Of a DNA stretch of 64,000 nt, positions 49,261 to 59,805 are shown one piece after another (within the stretch, counting starts at the first letter, position 1; each line of letters starts with the position of its first letter). The stretch covers positions 1,248,001 to 1,312,000 of the forward strand of contig OZ251219.1 of NCBI GenBank assembly GCA_965240465.1, written 5' to 3'. Made by a program: the position numbers and the translations under genes. The stretch is from a bacterium. Its GTDB lineage: Bacteria; SAR324; JACQKK01. The notes beneath the pieces were generated by a model. The model was not told the DNA's origin, did no database searches, and saw only the letters and a program-made list of their open reading frames with translations.

Positions 49261-52200
49261 ATGAAGCTAAAGCAGCTACGCATCAGCGGGTTTAAGTCAT
49301 TTTGTGATGAAACCGAATTTCGTTTTGACGGCGGTCTGGTCAGCATGATTGTTGGTCCCAATGGCTGTGGTAAGAGCAATGTCGCCGACGCCCTTGGCTG
49401 GGCATTAGGAGAACAAAGCCCTCGCTCTATGCGTGGTGCGAGTATGTCTGATGTCATATTCAATGGGAGTAGTACTCGTAAGGCGGTCAATCTGGCAGAG
49501 GTAAGCGTGTTGTTTGACAATCGCGAACGAAAGGCCTTGGAAAAGTACAATGATTTTAGCGAAATTGCCATTACGCGGCGGCTTTATCGCTCTGGTGAAA
49601 GCGAGTACTTGATCAACAATGTTGGTTGTCGCCTGATGGATGTGCGTGAATTGCTGATGGATACAGGGGCAGCGGGACGTGCCTATTCTATTGTGGAACA
49701 AGGGCGAGTGGAATCCTTTGTATCGGCTTCGGCAGAGGATCGTCGTCAGTTTATGGAAGAAGCAGCTGGGGTGATGCGTTATAAAACTCACCGACTAACA
49801 GCAGAACGCAAACTAGAACAAACACAGCAAAATCTACGGCGAGTAGATGATGTCCTGAGTGAGTTATATCGTCAAGAAGCGGTGCTTTCTCAGCAAGTGA
49901 AGAATGTGCAACAAGTGCGAAATCTACAGCAGGAAACCGAGCAAGTTCAGCTGGCTTTAGGTTGTAAGTCCTATGCTGAGAAGTTACTCGTGGTGCAATC
50001 ATTGGAGGAGCAGCTGGATAAGCTAAAGCAAGCAGCCGAGCAAATAGAAGAGGGGTTGGAGGCATCCCTGAAGACTGCCGAAATAGATGGCAGTACACAG
50101 GCGGAATCCTTGCAGAACGCTCGGGCTGAGCAAGAAAAAACTCGGCAAATATTGCAGAAAGACCAGCAACAATTAGAAATGCTAACAGAAAGTCAACCGC
50201 AAAGCATGGGTTGGAAATCCCACCTAGAAGCCGATTTACAAAAAATTGACACTAGCTTTTCACAAATGGAAAAAGCCCTAAAAGAAAAAGAAAAACTCCA
50301 AAAAGAACTAGTCAGAGAATTGAATAAGGAAGAAAAATCCCTACAGCTAAAGCAAAACCTACACGATAAGCATCAAGCAGCTTTTACTCAGGATGATGCA
50401 AAACAACAGCAGCAACAAGAGCGTTTATTTGCGTTCCATGACCAATTGAACGGGATTAATCATCGGTCTCAACAGTTGTCCGAGCAATTGAACCGCTGGA
50501 AAGGGAGTGAAGAAGCCTTGATGAACCAATTCCGAGGACTTCAGCAGGAGAAATCTTCTCAGCAAGGAGCTCAGCAACAGCAAAAAGTGCTGGCGTCTTT
50601 GCGAGATTCCCTTCAAGCAGTTAGAGCCTCACATGGAGCTACTATGGCGGAGGAAAAAAAATCCCTGGAAATAGAAAATCAGGCTCGGGAGCGTCACACT
50701 GAATTGGAAAAGCGTCAGCTAGAATGTACCCTGCGTTTTCAAGCTCTTAAAGAGATGCAGGACAATCTTGAGGGATTCACTGGTCCTGTGAAGAGTCTTT
50801 TTGCTTGGTTGCAGGCTAATCCTCAATCTGCCCAGAAACTGAAAGTATGTGGGGTGATGTCGGACTTGTTCACTGCATCTAAGGAGGTACTGCGGTGGGC
50901 GGGAACCTACTTGGCAAGTTTTTCGGGCTGGGTAGTGATTGAATCCAGTGCGAATTTGCTGTCATTGGCTAATTTGCTGGAGAAGGAGCAAATAGGAGGG
51001 ATTAGCTTTGTGGCTCTAGACAGACTGCCGCAACTACCTGCTGATGAGGGAGTGAGTTTAGCTTCGCGGTTGAGATATGCTCCTAAATTCAAGCCATTGT
51101 TTCAGGCGTTATTCGGCAATGTGATGGTGCATGAGGGAGAGAAGTGGGCGGAAGTATTTGCTTCTGATTGGCACAAAAGATGGAAAACGGATTCAGAATG
51201 GCTTAGTGAAGGTATTGCCGTTCACATGGGATTAAAGGGAGAGGTTGTTTTAGGGCTGAAGAAAGAGAGCGGAGTGGAAGTCCTACAAAGGCGGTTAAAG
51301 TTAGAGGAATTGGAAAAAGAACTCGGTTCTCTAGCAAATTCGTGCAAAAAAGTGAACAAAGAGCTAGAAGCAGCTGGGGAAAATCTAAAATCTTGGGAGC
51401 AAAAGCGAATTGCTCATCAGGCGGAGCTGGAAGAAAAAAATCAGGCACTGATGTCCTGTGAACAGCATTGGCATGTCCTTCAAACCGAGCAGCAACGCTT
51501 CACCCGAAAAGAGGAACAATTGCAAAGCGAATTGAACTCAAATCGCAGCGGACAAAAAATATTGGCATCCGAACGCGATGCCCTAATAAGCCAAATCAAG
51601 GATGTTGAAAATAAGCGGGCAACTACCGAAAAAGAAGTGAACCAGTCATCAACAAAATTAGGGCAGCTGCGTCAATCTTCAGAAGAGGCTACCGTAGCTC
51701 TTTCTCGGCAACAGGCCTTATGTATCAGGCTGAAAAGCAATCTGGATGCCTCTGGAAAAGAATACCAGCAATTAAGGCAATCGCTGGAAGGGCTGTCCTC
51801 TCAACGGAGTGAGCAGCAAATTCGTCAACGGAATTGGCAGGAAGAAGAAATAAAGAAAAAGGAACGCAAAAAACAGCTGAAAGAGCAAATCACTCAAATG
51901 AAGAGTACCTACACTCACCAGAAAAAGCAGAGGCTAATTCTGGAAAGGCAATTTAAGCAGAAAGAAGCTGAACGGAGAAAAATAGCGGTAAAAGTCCACC
52001 AAAGCAGAGAAAAACAAGGCAAATATCACAAAAATAAGCACGCCCTAGAATTGAAATTGGCTGAAGAAAAAGTCAGGCTGGAACAATCTGCCGTGAAAGT
52101 CACTCCCTTGCTGGCACAAGTGGAGTTTTCTAAAGAGACCACCCAAAAAATATCCAAGCTGGATCAAGATGCCAAGCTCAGATATCTATTTTCTGCTGAA

Positions 52201-52884
52201 ATCCAAATACTACCCGAAGCATTAAGCAATCACTCCCGAAAACAGCTGGAGCAAAAACTATTAAAAAACGAGCATAACTTGCAAAAATTCAGTGATGTGA
52301 ACATGACCGCTCCCAAAGAACATCAAAAACTGACCGAACGCACCGCTCATATGAAAGACCAACAAGCCGATCTACAGAGTGCCATCAAGAATTTACACGA
52401 TTCCATTCTGCGTCTCAATCAGGAATCCCAAAGGCGATTCCTAAAAACTTTTAAGGCTGTAAATACCAAATTTGAAGAACTATTTGTTAACATCTTCGGA
52501 GGAGGAGAAGCTCGCCTGATGATGACCCAAAAAGATGATCCCCTCAATACAGGAGTGGATATCTATGCTCATCCGCCCGGTAAAAAGCTACAAAACATCA
52601 ATCTACTCTCTGGAGGAGAAAAAGCTCTCACCTCCATTGCCCTGATATTCGCCTTCTTTCTGCACAAACCCAGCCCCTTCTGTCTGCTGGATGAAGTGGA
52701 TGCTCCCCTAGATGATGTCAACATAGCTCGCTTTAATCGCTTATTAAAATCCATGACAAAGCACACTCAGTTCATCATCATAACCCACAACAAGCGTACC
52801 ATGGAAGTCGGAGACACCCTCTACGGAGTCACCATGGAAAAAGCAGGAGTTTCGCGGATCGTTTCGGTGCGACTGCCACAATAG
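49261..52884 (+). CDS. smc: chromosome segregation protein SMC
   Basis: GPNGCGKSN, coiled coils with hinge, LLSGGEK, LLDEVDAPLD. Confidence 0.96.
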   Translation: MKLKQLRISGFKSFCDETEFRFDGGLVSMIVGPNGCGKSNVADALGWALGEQSPRSMRGASMSDVIFNGSSTRKAVNLAEVSVLFDNRERKALEKYNDFSEIAITRRLYRSGESEYLINNVGCRLMDVRELLMDTGAAGRAYSIVEQGRVESFVSASAEDRRQFMEEAAGVMRYKTHRLTAERKLEQTQQNLRRVDDVLSELYRQEAVLSQQVKNVQQVRNLQQETEQVQLALGCKSYAEKLLVVQSLEEQLDKLKQAAEQIEEGLEASLKTAEIDGSTQAESLQNARAEQEKTRQILQKDQQQLEMLTESQPQSMGWKSHLEADLQKIDTSFSQMEKALKEKEKLQKELVRELNKEEKSLQLKQNLHDKHQAAFTQDDAKQQQQQERLFAFHDQLNGINHRSQQLSEQLNRWKGSEEALMNQFRGLQQEKSSQQGAQQQQKVLASLRDSLQAVRASHGATMAEEKKSLEIENQARERHTELEKRQLECTLRFQALKEMQDNLEGFTGPVKSLFAWLQANPQSAQKLKVCGVMSDLFTASKEVLRWAGTYLASFSGWVVIESSANLLSLANLLEKEQIGGISFVALDRLPQLPADEGVSLASRLRYAPKFKPLFQALFGNVMVHEGEKWAEVFASDWHKRWKTDSEWLSEGIAVHMGLKGEVVLGLKKESGVEVLQRRLKLEELEKELGSLANSCKKVNKELEAAGENLKSWEQKRIAHQAELEEKNQALMSCEQHWHVLQTEQQRFTRKEEQLQSELNSNRSGQKILASERDALISQIKDVENKRATTEKEVNQSSTKLGQLRQSSEEATVALSRQQALCIRLKSNLDASGKEYQQLRQSLEGLSSQRSEQQIRQRNWQEEEIKKKERKKQLKEQITQMKSTYTHQKKQRLILERQFKQKEAERRKIAVKVHQSREKQGKYHKNKHALELKLAEEKVRLEQSAVKVTPLLAQVEFSKETTQKISKLDQDAKLRYLFSAEIQILPEALSNHSRKQLEQKLLKNEHNLQKFSDVNMTAPKEHQKLTERTAHMKDQQADLQSAIKNLHDSILRLNQESQRRFLKTFKAVNTKFEELFVNIFGGGEARLMMTQKDDPLNTGVDIYAHPPGKKLQNINLLSGGEKALTSIALIFAFFLHKPSPFCLLDEVDAPLDDVNIARFNRLLKSMTKHTQFIIITHNKRTMEVGDTLYGVTMEKAGVSRIVSVRLPQ

Positions 52885-52907
52885 TGAATAGAATTGTTCA
52901 GGGGCGG

Positions 52908-53645
52908 TTAATTCACCACCGCATTTTCATCTGATTGTTGTTTGGATAGATAGCGATTTATAATTTCTAGTACAATGGAGGCTTTTTCTTTTACCAAGTG
53001 GCTTTCGTCATTTTTTTCCATGTCTTTGATTTTTTCCAAGTGAGAGAAATCGGAAGCTAGGGAAATCACTTCCAAGGTGTGCCATCGTACTAGTACATCT
53101 TTGTCTTCAAGCAGGTATCCTACTAAGGGAGCTACTCGGTCGTCACCGATATTTTTCAAAGCACGTATCACTGGGAGCTTGACGAAATTCCTAATTGTCT
53201 CCTGATTACTATCCTCCTTGGAAGATTTTGTTTTAGCAGAGGTTTTTTTCATTTTACTGAGGAGTTTTCCAGTTGCTCCCAGTCTTAAACCCAGTAATTT
53301 TAGTAAGGGTTCGGTAGCCTGTTTATTTTTGGCCTTACCGAGGGCATCCACAATGGTTTCTAACAACAAAGGATGCTCGCGTTTGTTTTTTTCTAGCATT
53401 TCCATCAGCCTATTCACTGCCGCGGGCTGACTATTGCGTCCCAGAGCGGATATGGCATACATCACCTGAGCGGGAGTGCCTTCCTTAGAAATCTGTAGCA
53501 GTGATTCCAAGGGCACCCGACCAGATCGCTCAAAATCAATGAGACGCTTTATGGCAATACTACGCTCTTCTGGTTCTTTGGATTTAAGATTATGGACCAG
53601 TTTATCCAGTTCTTCGGCAGCTTTTTTTGTTAATTTGTTCGCCAT
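52908..53645 (-). CDS. HEAT-repeat protein
   Basis: Repeated ALG..A...L..LL and LLEDKD.LVRW motifs; GGAGG SD. Confidence 0.75.
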   Translation of the reverse strand: MANKLTKKAAEELDKLVHNLKSKEPEERSIAIKRLIDFERSGRVPLESLLQISKEGTPAQVMYAISALGRNSQPAAVNRLMEMLEKNKREHPLLLETIVDALGKAKNKQATEPLLKLLGLRLGATGKLLSKMKKTSAKTKSSKEDSNQETIRNFVKLPVIRALKNIGDDRVAPLVGYLLEDKDVLVRWHTLEVISLASDFSHLEKIKDMEKNDESHLVKEKASIVLEIINRYLSKQQSDENAVVN

Positions 53646-53760
53646 AGTACCTCCAGCTACTTACTAACACTTTCCATTATGGGATTATGATAGCATGATT
53701 AAACATTGCGTGCAGTTATGAGAGAGTAATTTATAATAATCATTCCAGAAACGATGCTTT

Positions 53761-54261
53761 GTGAATGCAGTTGTTAAAAATACCATCAGAATTGGTTGCG
53801 GTTTTGATGTCCATGCCCTGCGATCAGGAATCCCTTTGTTGTTAGGAGGAGTTCTGATTCCGCATCATAGTGGTTTAGCTGGTCATTCCGATGGAGATGT
53901 ACTTTTGCATGCGGTATCGGATGCTTTACTGGGTGCGGCTGCCTTAGGTGATATAGGTCTGTTTTTCCCTGCCACAGATGAACGCTGGCGTGGTGCAGAC
54001 AGCGGAATGTTGTTGAAAGAAGTGGTAAAAAAGATACACGAAAAAGGTTGGCAGGTAGGCAATGTAGACACTATCATAATCGCCCAATCTCCGCGATTGC
54101 AGTCGTTTATTCAGGCAATCAGTGCTAGGCTGGCGGGGTTGTTGCGGGTGGAACAATCAGCTGTGTCGGTGAAGGCTACCACTACCGATGAGCTTGGTTT
54201 CATAGGACGACAAGAGGGAATCGCTGCTAAAGCGGTGGCATTGTTACAGGCAACAGGTTAA
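53761..54261 (+). CDS. ispF: 2-C-methyl-D-erythritol 2,4-cyclodiphosphate synthase
   Basis: RIGCGFDVH, GHSDGDVLLHA, VKATTTDELGF. Confidence 0.96.
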   Translation: MNAVVKNTIRIGCGFDVHALRSGIPLLLGGVLIPHHSGLAGHSDGDVLLHAVSDALLGAAALGDIGLFFPATDERWRGADSGMLLKEVVKKIHEKGWQVGNVDTIIIAQSPRLQSFIQAISARLAGLLRVEQSAVSVKATTTDELGFIGRQEGIAAKAVALLQATG

Positions 54262-54683
54262 GTTTTCTGGCTGGAAGGACTGCTTCCCTTGGCATCGGAT
54301 TTGGTGGAGGCAATGGCACTTTTTGGAGTGTTTTTAGTGCTACTACCATTGCTGGTGCCATCGGAGGCGTTGCTGGAGGCAGAAGGGGTGCTGGTATCGG
54401 AGGCGTTGCTGGAGGCGTTAGAAGGGGTGCTGGTATCAGAGCTTGTTTTTGATGCATCAACTCCCCCCCCTCCCTTTGATTCTTGGCTGGCTGGGGCGGG
54501 AGTAGCACTATATCCATCACGATACCAGTTGGACCCCTTTAGTTGAAAAGCACTCAGGGAGAGCTTTTTGACGACTTTATTTTCACCACAAAATTGACAA
54601 GTGGTAGGTGAGGTATCGGAGAATTTTCTTAGGACTTCAAATTCCTTCCCGCAAGAGTGGCAAATGTATTCATAAATGGGCAT
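54258..54683 (-). CDS. FmdB-family zinc-ribbon protein
   Basis: MPIYEY.C..CG..FE...C..CG...F.LKGS.WY; Ser-rich tail. Confidence 0.9.
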   Translation of the reverse strand: MPIYEYICHSCGKEFEVLRKFSDTSPTTCQFCGENKVVKKLSLSAFQLKGSNWYRDGYSATPAPASQESKGGGGVDASKTSSDTSTPSNASSNASDTSTPSASSNASDGTSNGSSTKNTPKSAIASTKSDAKGSSPSSQKT

Positions 54684-54769
54684 TTGGTCCTTTGTTATTT
54701 GATGGTCATTATTGTGGGTATAAGAATCGTGAGCGTAGAAATATCAGCTATCGGAGGGGGGGGGGGGGG

Positions 54770-56161
54770 TTACATTTTATTCATGCGGTCAAGAAATTCA
54801 GAATTGGTTCTGAATGCTCTCAGTTTCTCCGATAGGAACTCCATGCTTTCTACTACGCTCAAAGGATGGAGAACCCGCCTTAACACCCAGATCCTATCTA
54901 AATCCGTTTTGGGGATTAACAATTCTTCCTTACGGGTAGCAGATTTAGAAATATCAATAGCGGGAAAGATTCGCTTTTCTATCAGGCGGCGGTCTAGGGC
55001 AAGTTCCATGTTGCCAGTTCCCTTAAATTCTTCAAAAATAACCTCATCCATGCGACTACCAGTATCCACCAGAGCGGTAGCAATTATGGTGAGAGAACCT
55101 CCCTCTTCCAGATTGCGAGCAGCCCCAAAAAAACGCTTGGGCTTATGCAAAGCATTTGAATCTACACCTCCAGAAAGGATCTTTCCGCTGGGAGGAACCA
55201 CAGAATTATACGCCCGAGCTAAACGAGTAATGGAATCCAATAAAATAATGACATCATGCTTGTGCTCTACTAAACGCTTAGCCTTTTCTATCACCATTTC
55301 GGCAACTTGTACGTGACGAGCAGCTGGCTCATCAAAAGTGGAACTGACTACTTCACCGCACACGGAGCGTTCCATATCGGTAACTTCCTCCGGGCGTTCA
55401 TCTATCAGTAGTACTATGAGATCGGCCTTGGGATGATTCTTGGATATGCTGTTGGAGATGGTTTGCAAGATCATGGTCTTGCCAGTACGGGGCGGAGCTA
55501 CAATCAAGCCGCGTTGTCCCATTCCTACGGGAGAAACCAAATCCATAATGCGAGTGGTGAGGTCTTCCTTGTCGCGCTCCAGTACTATGCGAAACTCAGG
55601 GTACAATGGAGTAAGATTATCAAAAAGAATCTTTTCTTTATTTTGTAGGGGAGGTTCATGATTGAGAGACTCCACCTTGATAAGAGCAAAATAACGCTCC
55701 CCATCTTTTGGTGAACGCACCTGCCCTGAAATACTATCTCCTGTACGCATGTTAAATCTCTTCACTTGCGATTGCGAAACGTAAATATCATCCGGACCAG
55801 CCAAATAATTTGAATCCGGAGAACGCAGAAAACCATAGCCATCAGGCAACTTTTCCAGAACGCCAGAGCCATATACAATCCCACTCTGTGAGGTCTGAGC
55901 TTTCAATAAGGCAAAAATCATTTCCTGACGACGCATGCTAGAGGCATTGTCTATGTTGAATCTCTTCACCAGCTGACTAAGCTCATTGATACTCATCCGC
56001 TTTAATTCAGCTAGATCCATCGGAGGCAAGTCTTTGTTGCTGCCATTTTGTGGAGCTCGGTTATTATTTCTTGACCCATTCGGATTGTTAAATCTACCCT
56101 GCTCACGAGAGGGAGATTCGGGATGCTTATCGGTAGTAGGTTCTGGATTAGCTCGGTTCAT
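54770..56161 (-). CDS. rho: transcription termination factor Rho
   Basis: [35 protein letters not shown]. Confidence 0.98.
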   Translation of the reverse strand: MNRANPEPTTDKHPESPSREQGRFNNPNGSRNNNRAPQNGSNKDLPPMDLAELKRMSINELSQLVKRFNIDNASSMRRQEMIFALLKAQTSQSGIVYGSGVLEKLPDGYGFLRSPDSNYLAGPDDIYVSQSQVKRFNMRTGDSISGQVRSPKDGERYFALIKVESLNHEPPLQNKEKILFDNLTPLYPEFRIVLERDKEDLTTRIMDLVSPVGMGQRGLIVAPPRTGKTMILQTISNSISKNHPKADLIVLLIDERPEEVTDMERSVCGEVVSSTFDEPAARHVQVAEMVIEKAKRLVEHKHDVIILLDSITRLARAYNSVVPPSGKILSGGVDSNALHKPKRFFGAARNLEEGGSLTIIATALVDTGSRMDEVIFEEFKGTGNMELALDRRLIEKRIFPAIDISKSATRKEELLIPKTDLDRIWVLRRVLHPLSVVESMEFLSEKLRAFRTNSEFLDRMNKM

Positions 56162-56697
56162 AGTTATAGCAGAATTGAGAGTGAAAATATAATGACATGC
56201 AAACGAGTGTAAAATCACTCTACAGACCTGCTAAGGTCCTTGGGCAAACATTCTTATCAGGAGGGAAAACTTTAACCTTGAATGATAAGCGATCATAATG
56301 GTCGCAGTGAGGTTACTATTTGAGAAAGATTTGTCATTGTGCCGTACATGGCAGGAGAATATACGCCATCCTTGGCGAGAAAAACACAATATTTAGCTAG
56401 GTTTCCAGATAAACAGGAGCATCCTATCAGAATAAAACAGAGGGGGGAGGATTTTTTTCAAGAATTAGCAGAGACAAATCACGGTCTTCATTTTGTCAGT
56501 CTAGTAGTGATTCAAATTACCAATGAGAGGGGAATTAAAACAGAACATTTGGCACTGACGCCAATAAGAACAGATATTTCCAATGGAAGCAAGAGACAAC
56601 CTGATAACAGGATAATCACAAGGTCTTGTCTTATGCAAGCCCTTTTTTATGATAATTCACGATAATCTCATTTAATCAAATGATAAAGCATGCCCTT

Positions 56698-57627
56698 TTA
56701 ATCAGACTTGGAATGATCGGATGACCTTATCCAATCTAGTTCTAGATTATCCTGCCATACTTTGCAGCGTTGTTCCCAGTCTTTTTTGAAGGGGCTGGGG
56801 GGGCTACTGGGGGGGCTTGGGGGGCTGGATGATGGTTCGTCAGGAGCAGGAGTTATTGCCTGAGGAGCAGTTTGTGGCTCAGTTGATAGGGGGTGGGGTA
56901 GGGGGCGAGATGGGATGGCAGAGTTTGATGGTGGTATTTCAGGGCGAGCGGATTGGCGATATCGCAAGGGAGGACAAGGATGCTTCTGAAAGGGATTAAA
57001 TCTTTTAGGCACGATTAAGAACGATGAAAAGGATGTTACTGCTTCAAGCACGATATTCATGGTATGCAGTAGCTTCTTAGGGACAAATGCTAGCCCGCGG
57101 GGTTTTAGTTGGAGAATAAGCCAGCTGAAGGATATGATGGCAAAGATTAAGCCAAGTTTGCTCCCTAGTGTTTGTTGGGTCCAGTTTAGGGAGCTCCAGC
57201 CTACCCATCCAGAGCCTTTCAAGCTGGAGTTAGGGGGAACATCAAGCATTCCTAGTAGGAAAGCGAAGGAGAAAAGTGTGAGTAGGGCTGTCATCCAGTA
57301 GCGTAAGGCGGAGATTTGTCGGTTGGGGAGGCAAATACGGCTAAAGATTAGGAAAGGTAGCAACAAGGAAGCTCCCCCGAATGCTTCTACTAAGGCACCT
57401 GCCAGCAGTGCTCCTAAGATTCCAAACCTGTTTTGGATGCCACCCAGGGAGGTGTATAGGTTAAACGGAGATGAATCAAGCGGATGAAACGATAGTAGGC
57501 AAGCCATCAGCAAGGAGGAGACGGTAATGGCTACAACTGGACGAAGAACAGGGCGTACTGCCAGTCTATTGAGGAGGGTAAGAGACCTATTGAATAAATT
57601 CATAGCTGTACCCATGCATCCTTTCAT
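56698..57627 (-). CDS. FtsK N-terminal 4TM-domain protein without motor domain
   Basis: SFHPLD...NRFGILGA..A....FG..SLLLP resembles FtsK_4TM; Pro-rich tail, no P-loop. Confidence 0.65.
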   Translation of the reverse strand: MKGCMGTAMNLFNRSLTLLNRLAVRPVLRPVVAITVSSLLMACLLSFHPLDSSPFNLYTSLGGIQNRFGILGALLAGALVEAFGGASLLLPFLIFSRICLPNRQISALRYWMTALLTLFSFAFLLGMLDVPPNSSLKGSGWVGWSSLNWTQQTLGSKLGLIFAIISFSWLILQLKPRGLAFVPKKLLHTMNIVLEAVTSFSSFLIVPKRFNPFQKHPCPPLRYRQSARPEIPPSNSAIPSRPLPHPLSTEPQTAPQAITPAPDEPSSSPPSPPSSPPSPFKKDWEQRCKVWQDNLELDWIRSSDHSKSD

Positions 57628-57684
57628 GCGAGGCAGCGAACCTGCGAGGCAGCGAACCTGCGGGGCAGCGAACCTGCGAGGCAG
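57627..57684. repeat. 16-bp repeat x3.6 (tgcgaggcagcgaacc)
   Basis: Read directly. Confidence 0.9.
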
Positions 57685-57861
57685 TGACTAGCATCTGGTT
57701 ATCATTGTGGCAAGTTTAGAATGTGAAATGCAATAGGCTTTATCATAGTACACGGTCTGCAGAAAAGAGATACAAGGGAGATATTTTGTAGGTCTGCTTG
57801 ACAGCATCATAGGCAAGAGTCTACCGTCACTAGTAATTGACAAATTAGCACAAGGTTGACG

Positions 57862-58668
57862 ATGCTCAAAAGAAACCAGATACATTGCGGGGATGCTTTT
57901 GATCTACTGAAAAAAGTTGATGATGAGTCAATTGATCTGGTGATTTGTGATGGACCTTATGGTGTCACTCAAAAGGAGTGGGATAAAGTACCTTCCATCC
58001 AAGAATTCAATTTGGAACTTATCAAGCGGTTTTGTTTGAAGTTGAAGAATGGAGGGGTACTCTATCTTTTCGGGAAACCAAATTGTCTTGATTTTATTGA
58101 TTACCGACCCTACTTGAATTTAATATCAAAAATAGTTTGGTATCAGCCGAGTAGGCTAGCACAGGGCAAGCTTAGGTACACAAACAACTATGATATTATT
58201 GGATATTTTATAAAAGGCAAATCTCCTCGCTGTTATAACTTGGATTGTATAAGAGTGCCGCAGTTAGTTGAGTTAGAACATAGATTGAGATGTGAAAAGG
58301 TTCCTTCTGTAAGGAATGGTGAGTATGGGAGAACAAAGTTTAATGACAAGGGAAAGAATCCAGGTGATGTCTGGGGAGACATAAAACAACTAACTTATAA
58401 ATCTAAAGAGTTGGTTTCAAGAGAGGCTCTAAACACAATTCAAAAACCAAAGAGATTGATTGAAAGGCTTGTACTTGCAAGTTCTAATGAAGGTGATGTT
58501 GTGTTGGACCCATTTTCTGGTGTGGGGACTTGTCCTGTTGTCTGCAAGGAACTTAAGAGGGATTTTATAGCATTTGAAATACAGCCAGACTACGTGGAAA
58601 TAGCTAAAAGAAGATTTTTTGAAAGTGTAGTACAGGAAAAATTATTTTATGGCGTCGGACGTCTATAA
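57862..58668 (+). CDS. beta-class N4-C/N6-A DNA methyltransferase
   Basis: DGPY motif IV, QKP, VLDPFSGVGT motif I. Confidence 0.9.
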   Translation: MLKRNQIHCGDAFDLLKKVDDESIDLVICDGPYGVTQKEWDKVPSIQEFNLELIKRFCLKLKNGGVLYLFGKPNCLDFIDYRPYLNLISKIVWYQPSRLAQGKLRYTNNYDIIGYFIKGKSPRCYNLDCIRVPQLVELEHRLRCEKVPSVRNGEYGRTKFNDKGKNPGDVWGDIKQLTYKSKELVSREALNTIQKPKRLIERLVLASSNEGDVVLDPFSGVGTCPVVCKELKRDFIAFEIQPDYVEIAKRRFFESVVQEKLFYGVGRL

Positions 58669-59155
58669 AAAAATTATATTACTGATTGAAAAGGCAGCAG
58701 AACTTGCACGCTCAATAGGGATTAACAATCTATTGCAACCGGGCCTTGTGAAAGAGATGATAATCAGTGAAATTCTTGGGCATGTACTTATAACAACCAA
58801 GAGAGATGCTGACGCAAGGGATGCAAATGATCCGTCTATTTTGTATGAATATCTATCTTGCAAAGAGGGAGGTTCTGGACAACTTGATAGAATGTTCAAA
58901 AAGCCAGCAGAGAAACTTCAAAATTCTCTAAAAAGGATCACAAGAAATCACAAATTTTATTATGCCGTTTTCTATGCTCACAACCAGACAAAAGCTAAGA
59001 TTATCTATGAACTGGAAACGAAAGTGGTTTTGCAGGAAGCAAAACAGCAACTTGATAGAAGTAAAAACACCATATCACACGTGGGATTCTCTGAAAAATG
59101 GGTAAAAGAAAACAGCAAAATTGTTTATGTTGATGCCAAGAACAGTTTCCAATGA
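58649..59155 (+). CDS. PvuII-like type II restriction endonuclease
   Basis: GINNLLQ, DARD..YEY.S, YAVF..IYEL, KWVKENSKIVY parallel PvuII motifs; overlaps MTase. Confidence 0.65.
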   Translation: MASDVYKKIILLIEKAAELARSIGINNLLQPGLVKEMIISEILGHVLITTKRDADARDANDPSILYEYLSCKEGGSGQLDRMFKKPAEKLQNSLKRITRNHKFYYAVFYAHNQTKAKIIYELETKVVLQEAKQQLDRSKNTISHVGFSEKWVKENSKIVYVDAKNSFQ

Positions 59156-59236
59156 AAATCAAACATGCAAATTACCTTGTGTACTCAGTGATATAAATCC
59201 CTTATTCCGCCAATGAATGGCTCATTAGCTAGGGGG

Positions 59237-59743
59237 TTATTGCAAACGCTTTTGGTTGAGGTAGTCCCGCATACGTTCAGCGGCTTTTTTGGGTATTAGA
59301 TCATCAAGAGGAGCTTGGAGCAAAGCGAGTTCACGCGTCAAGTTGGAAGAGACATGAGAGTATTCAGGGCGAGAAAACAGCAGTACGGTTTCTAGATTTG
59401 GAGAAAGCAACCGATTTCCATAGGCGAGTTGCATTTCATTTTCTAGATCGGCGTGATTGCGTAATCCTCTGATCAGGACGGTGGCACCTATTTTGCGAGC
59501 AAAATGAGAGGTAGGCCCCCGATAATGGACAATTTCTACTCCTGAAATATTTAGCTCTTTCAGGCAGTCTTCCATCATTGATAGGCGGAGCTCGCTAGGT
59601 AAGAACGAGGTTTTTAAGAGGTTAATCCCTAGCCCCCAAGTAAGCTTGGAGTATAGCCTACTGGCACGTTGAAGAATATCCATGTGTGCCCGAGTAGGAG
59701 GGTCTCCACTGATAGGATAAAGTGCATGCACAGAAATAGACAT
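59237..59743 (-). CDS. coaD: phosphopantetheine adenylyltransferase
   Basis: YP.S.DP.T.AH, IRGLR...D.E.E, VSS...RE. Confidence 0.9.
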   Translation of the reverse strand: MSISVHALYPISGDPPTRAHMDILQRASRLYSKLTWGLGINLLKTSFLPSELRLSMMEDCLKELNISGVEIVHYRGPTSHFARKIGATVLIRGLRNHADLENEMQLAYGNRLLSPNLETVLLFSRPEYSHVSSNLTRELALLQAPLDDLIPKKAAERMRDYLNQKRLQ

Positions 59744-59805
59744 ATCAAACCAATGAAATTATAATGAATAAAAAGCATCAAAAACGATTGCCGCACCGCT
59801 CATAA

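Noticed and set aside
54657-55316. 219-aa plus-strand ORF
   Set aside because: Antisense shadow of rho.
56339-56665. 108-aa ORF in the rho upstream region
   Set aside because: No SD or recognisable motif; more likely a non-coding leader/promoter region.
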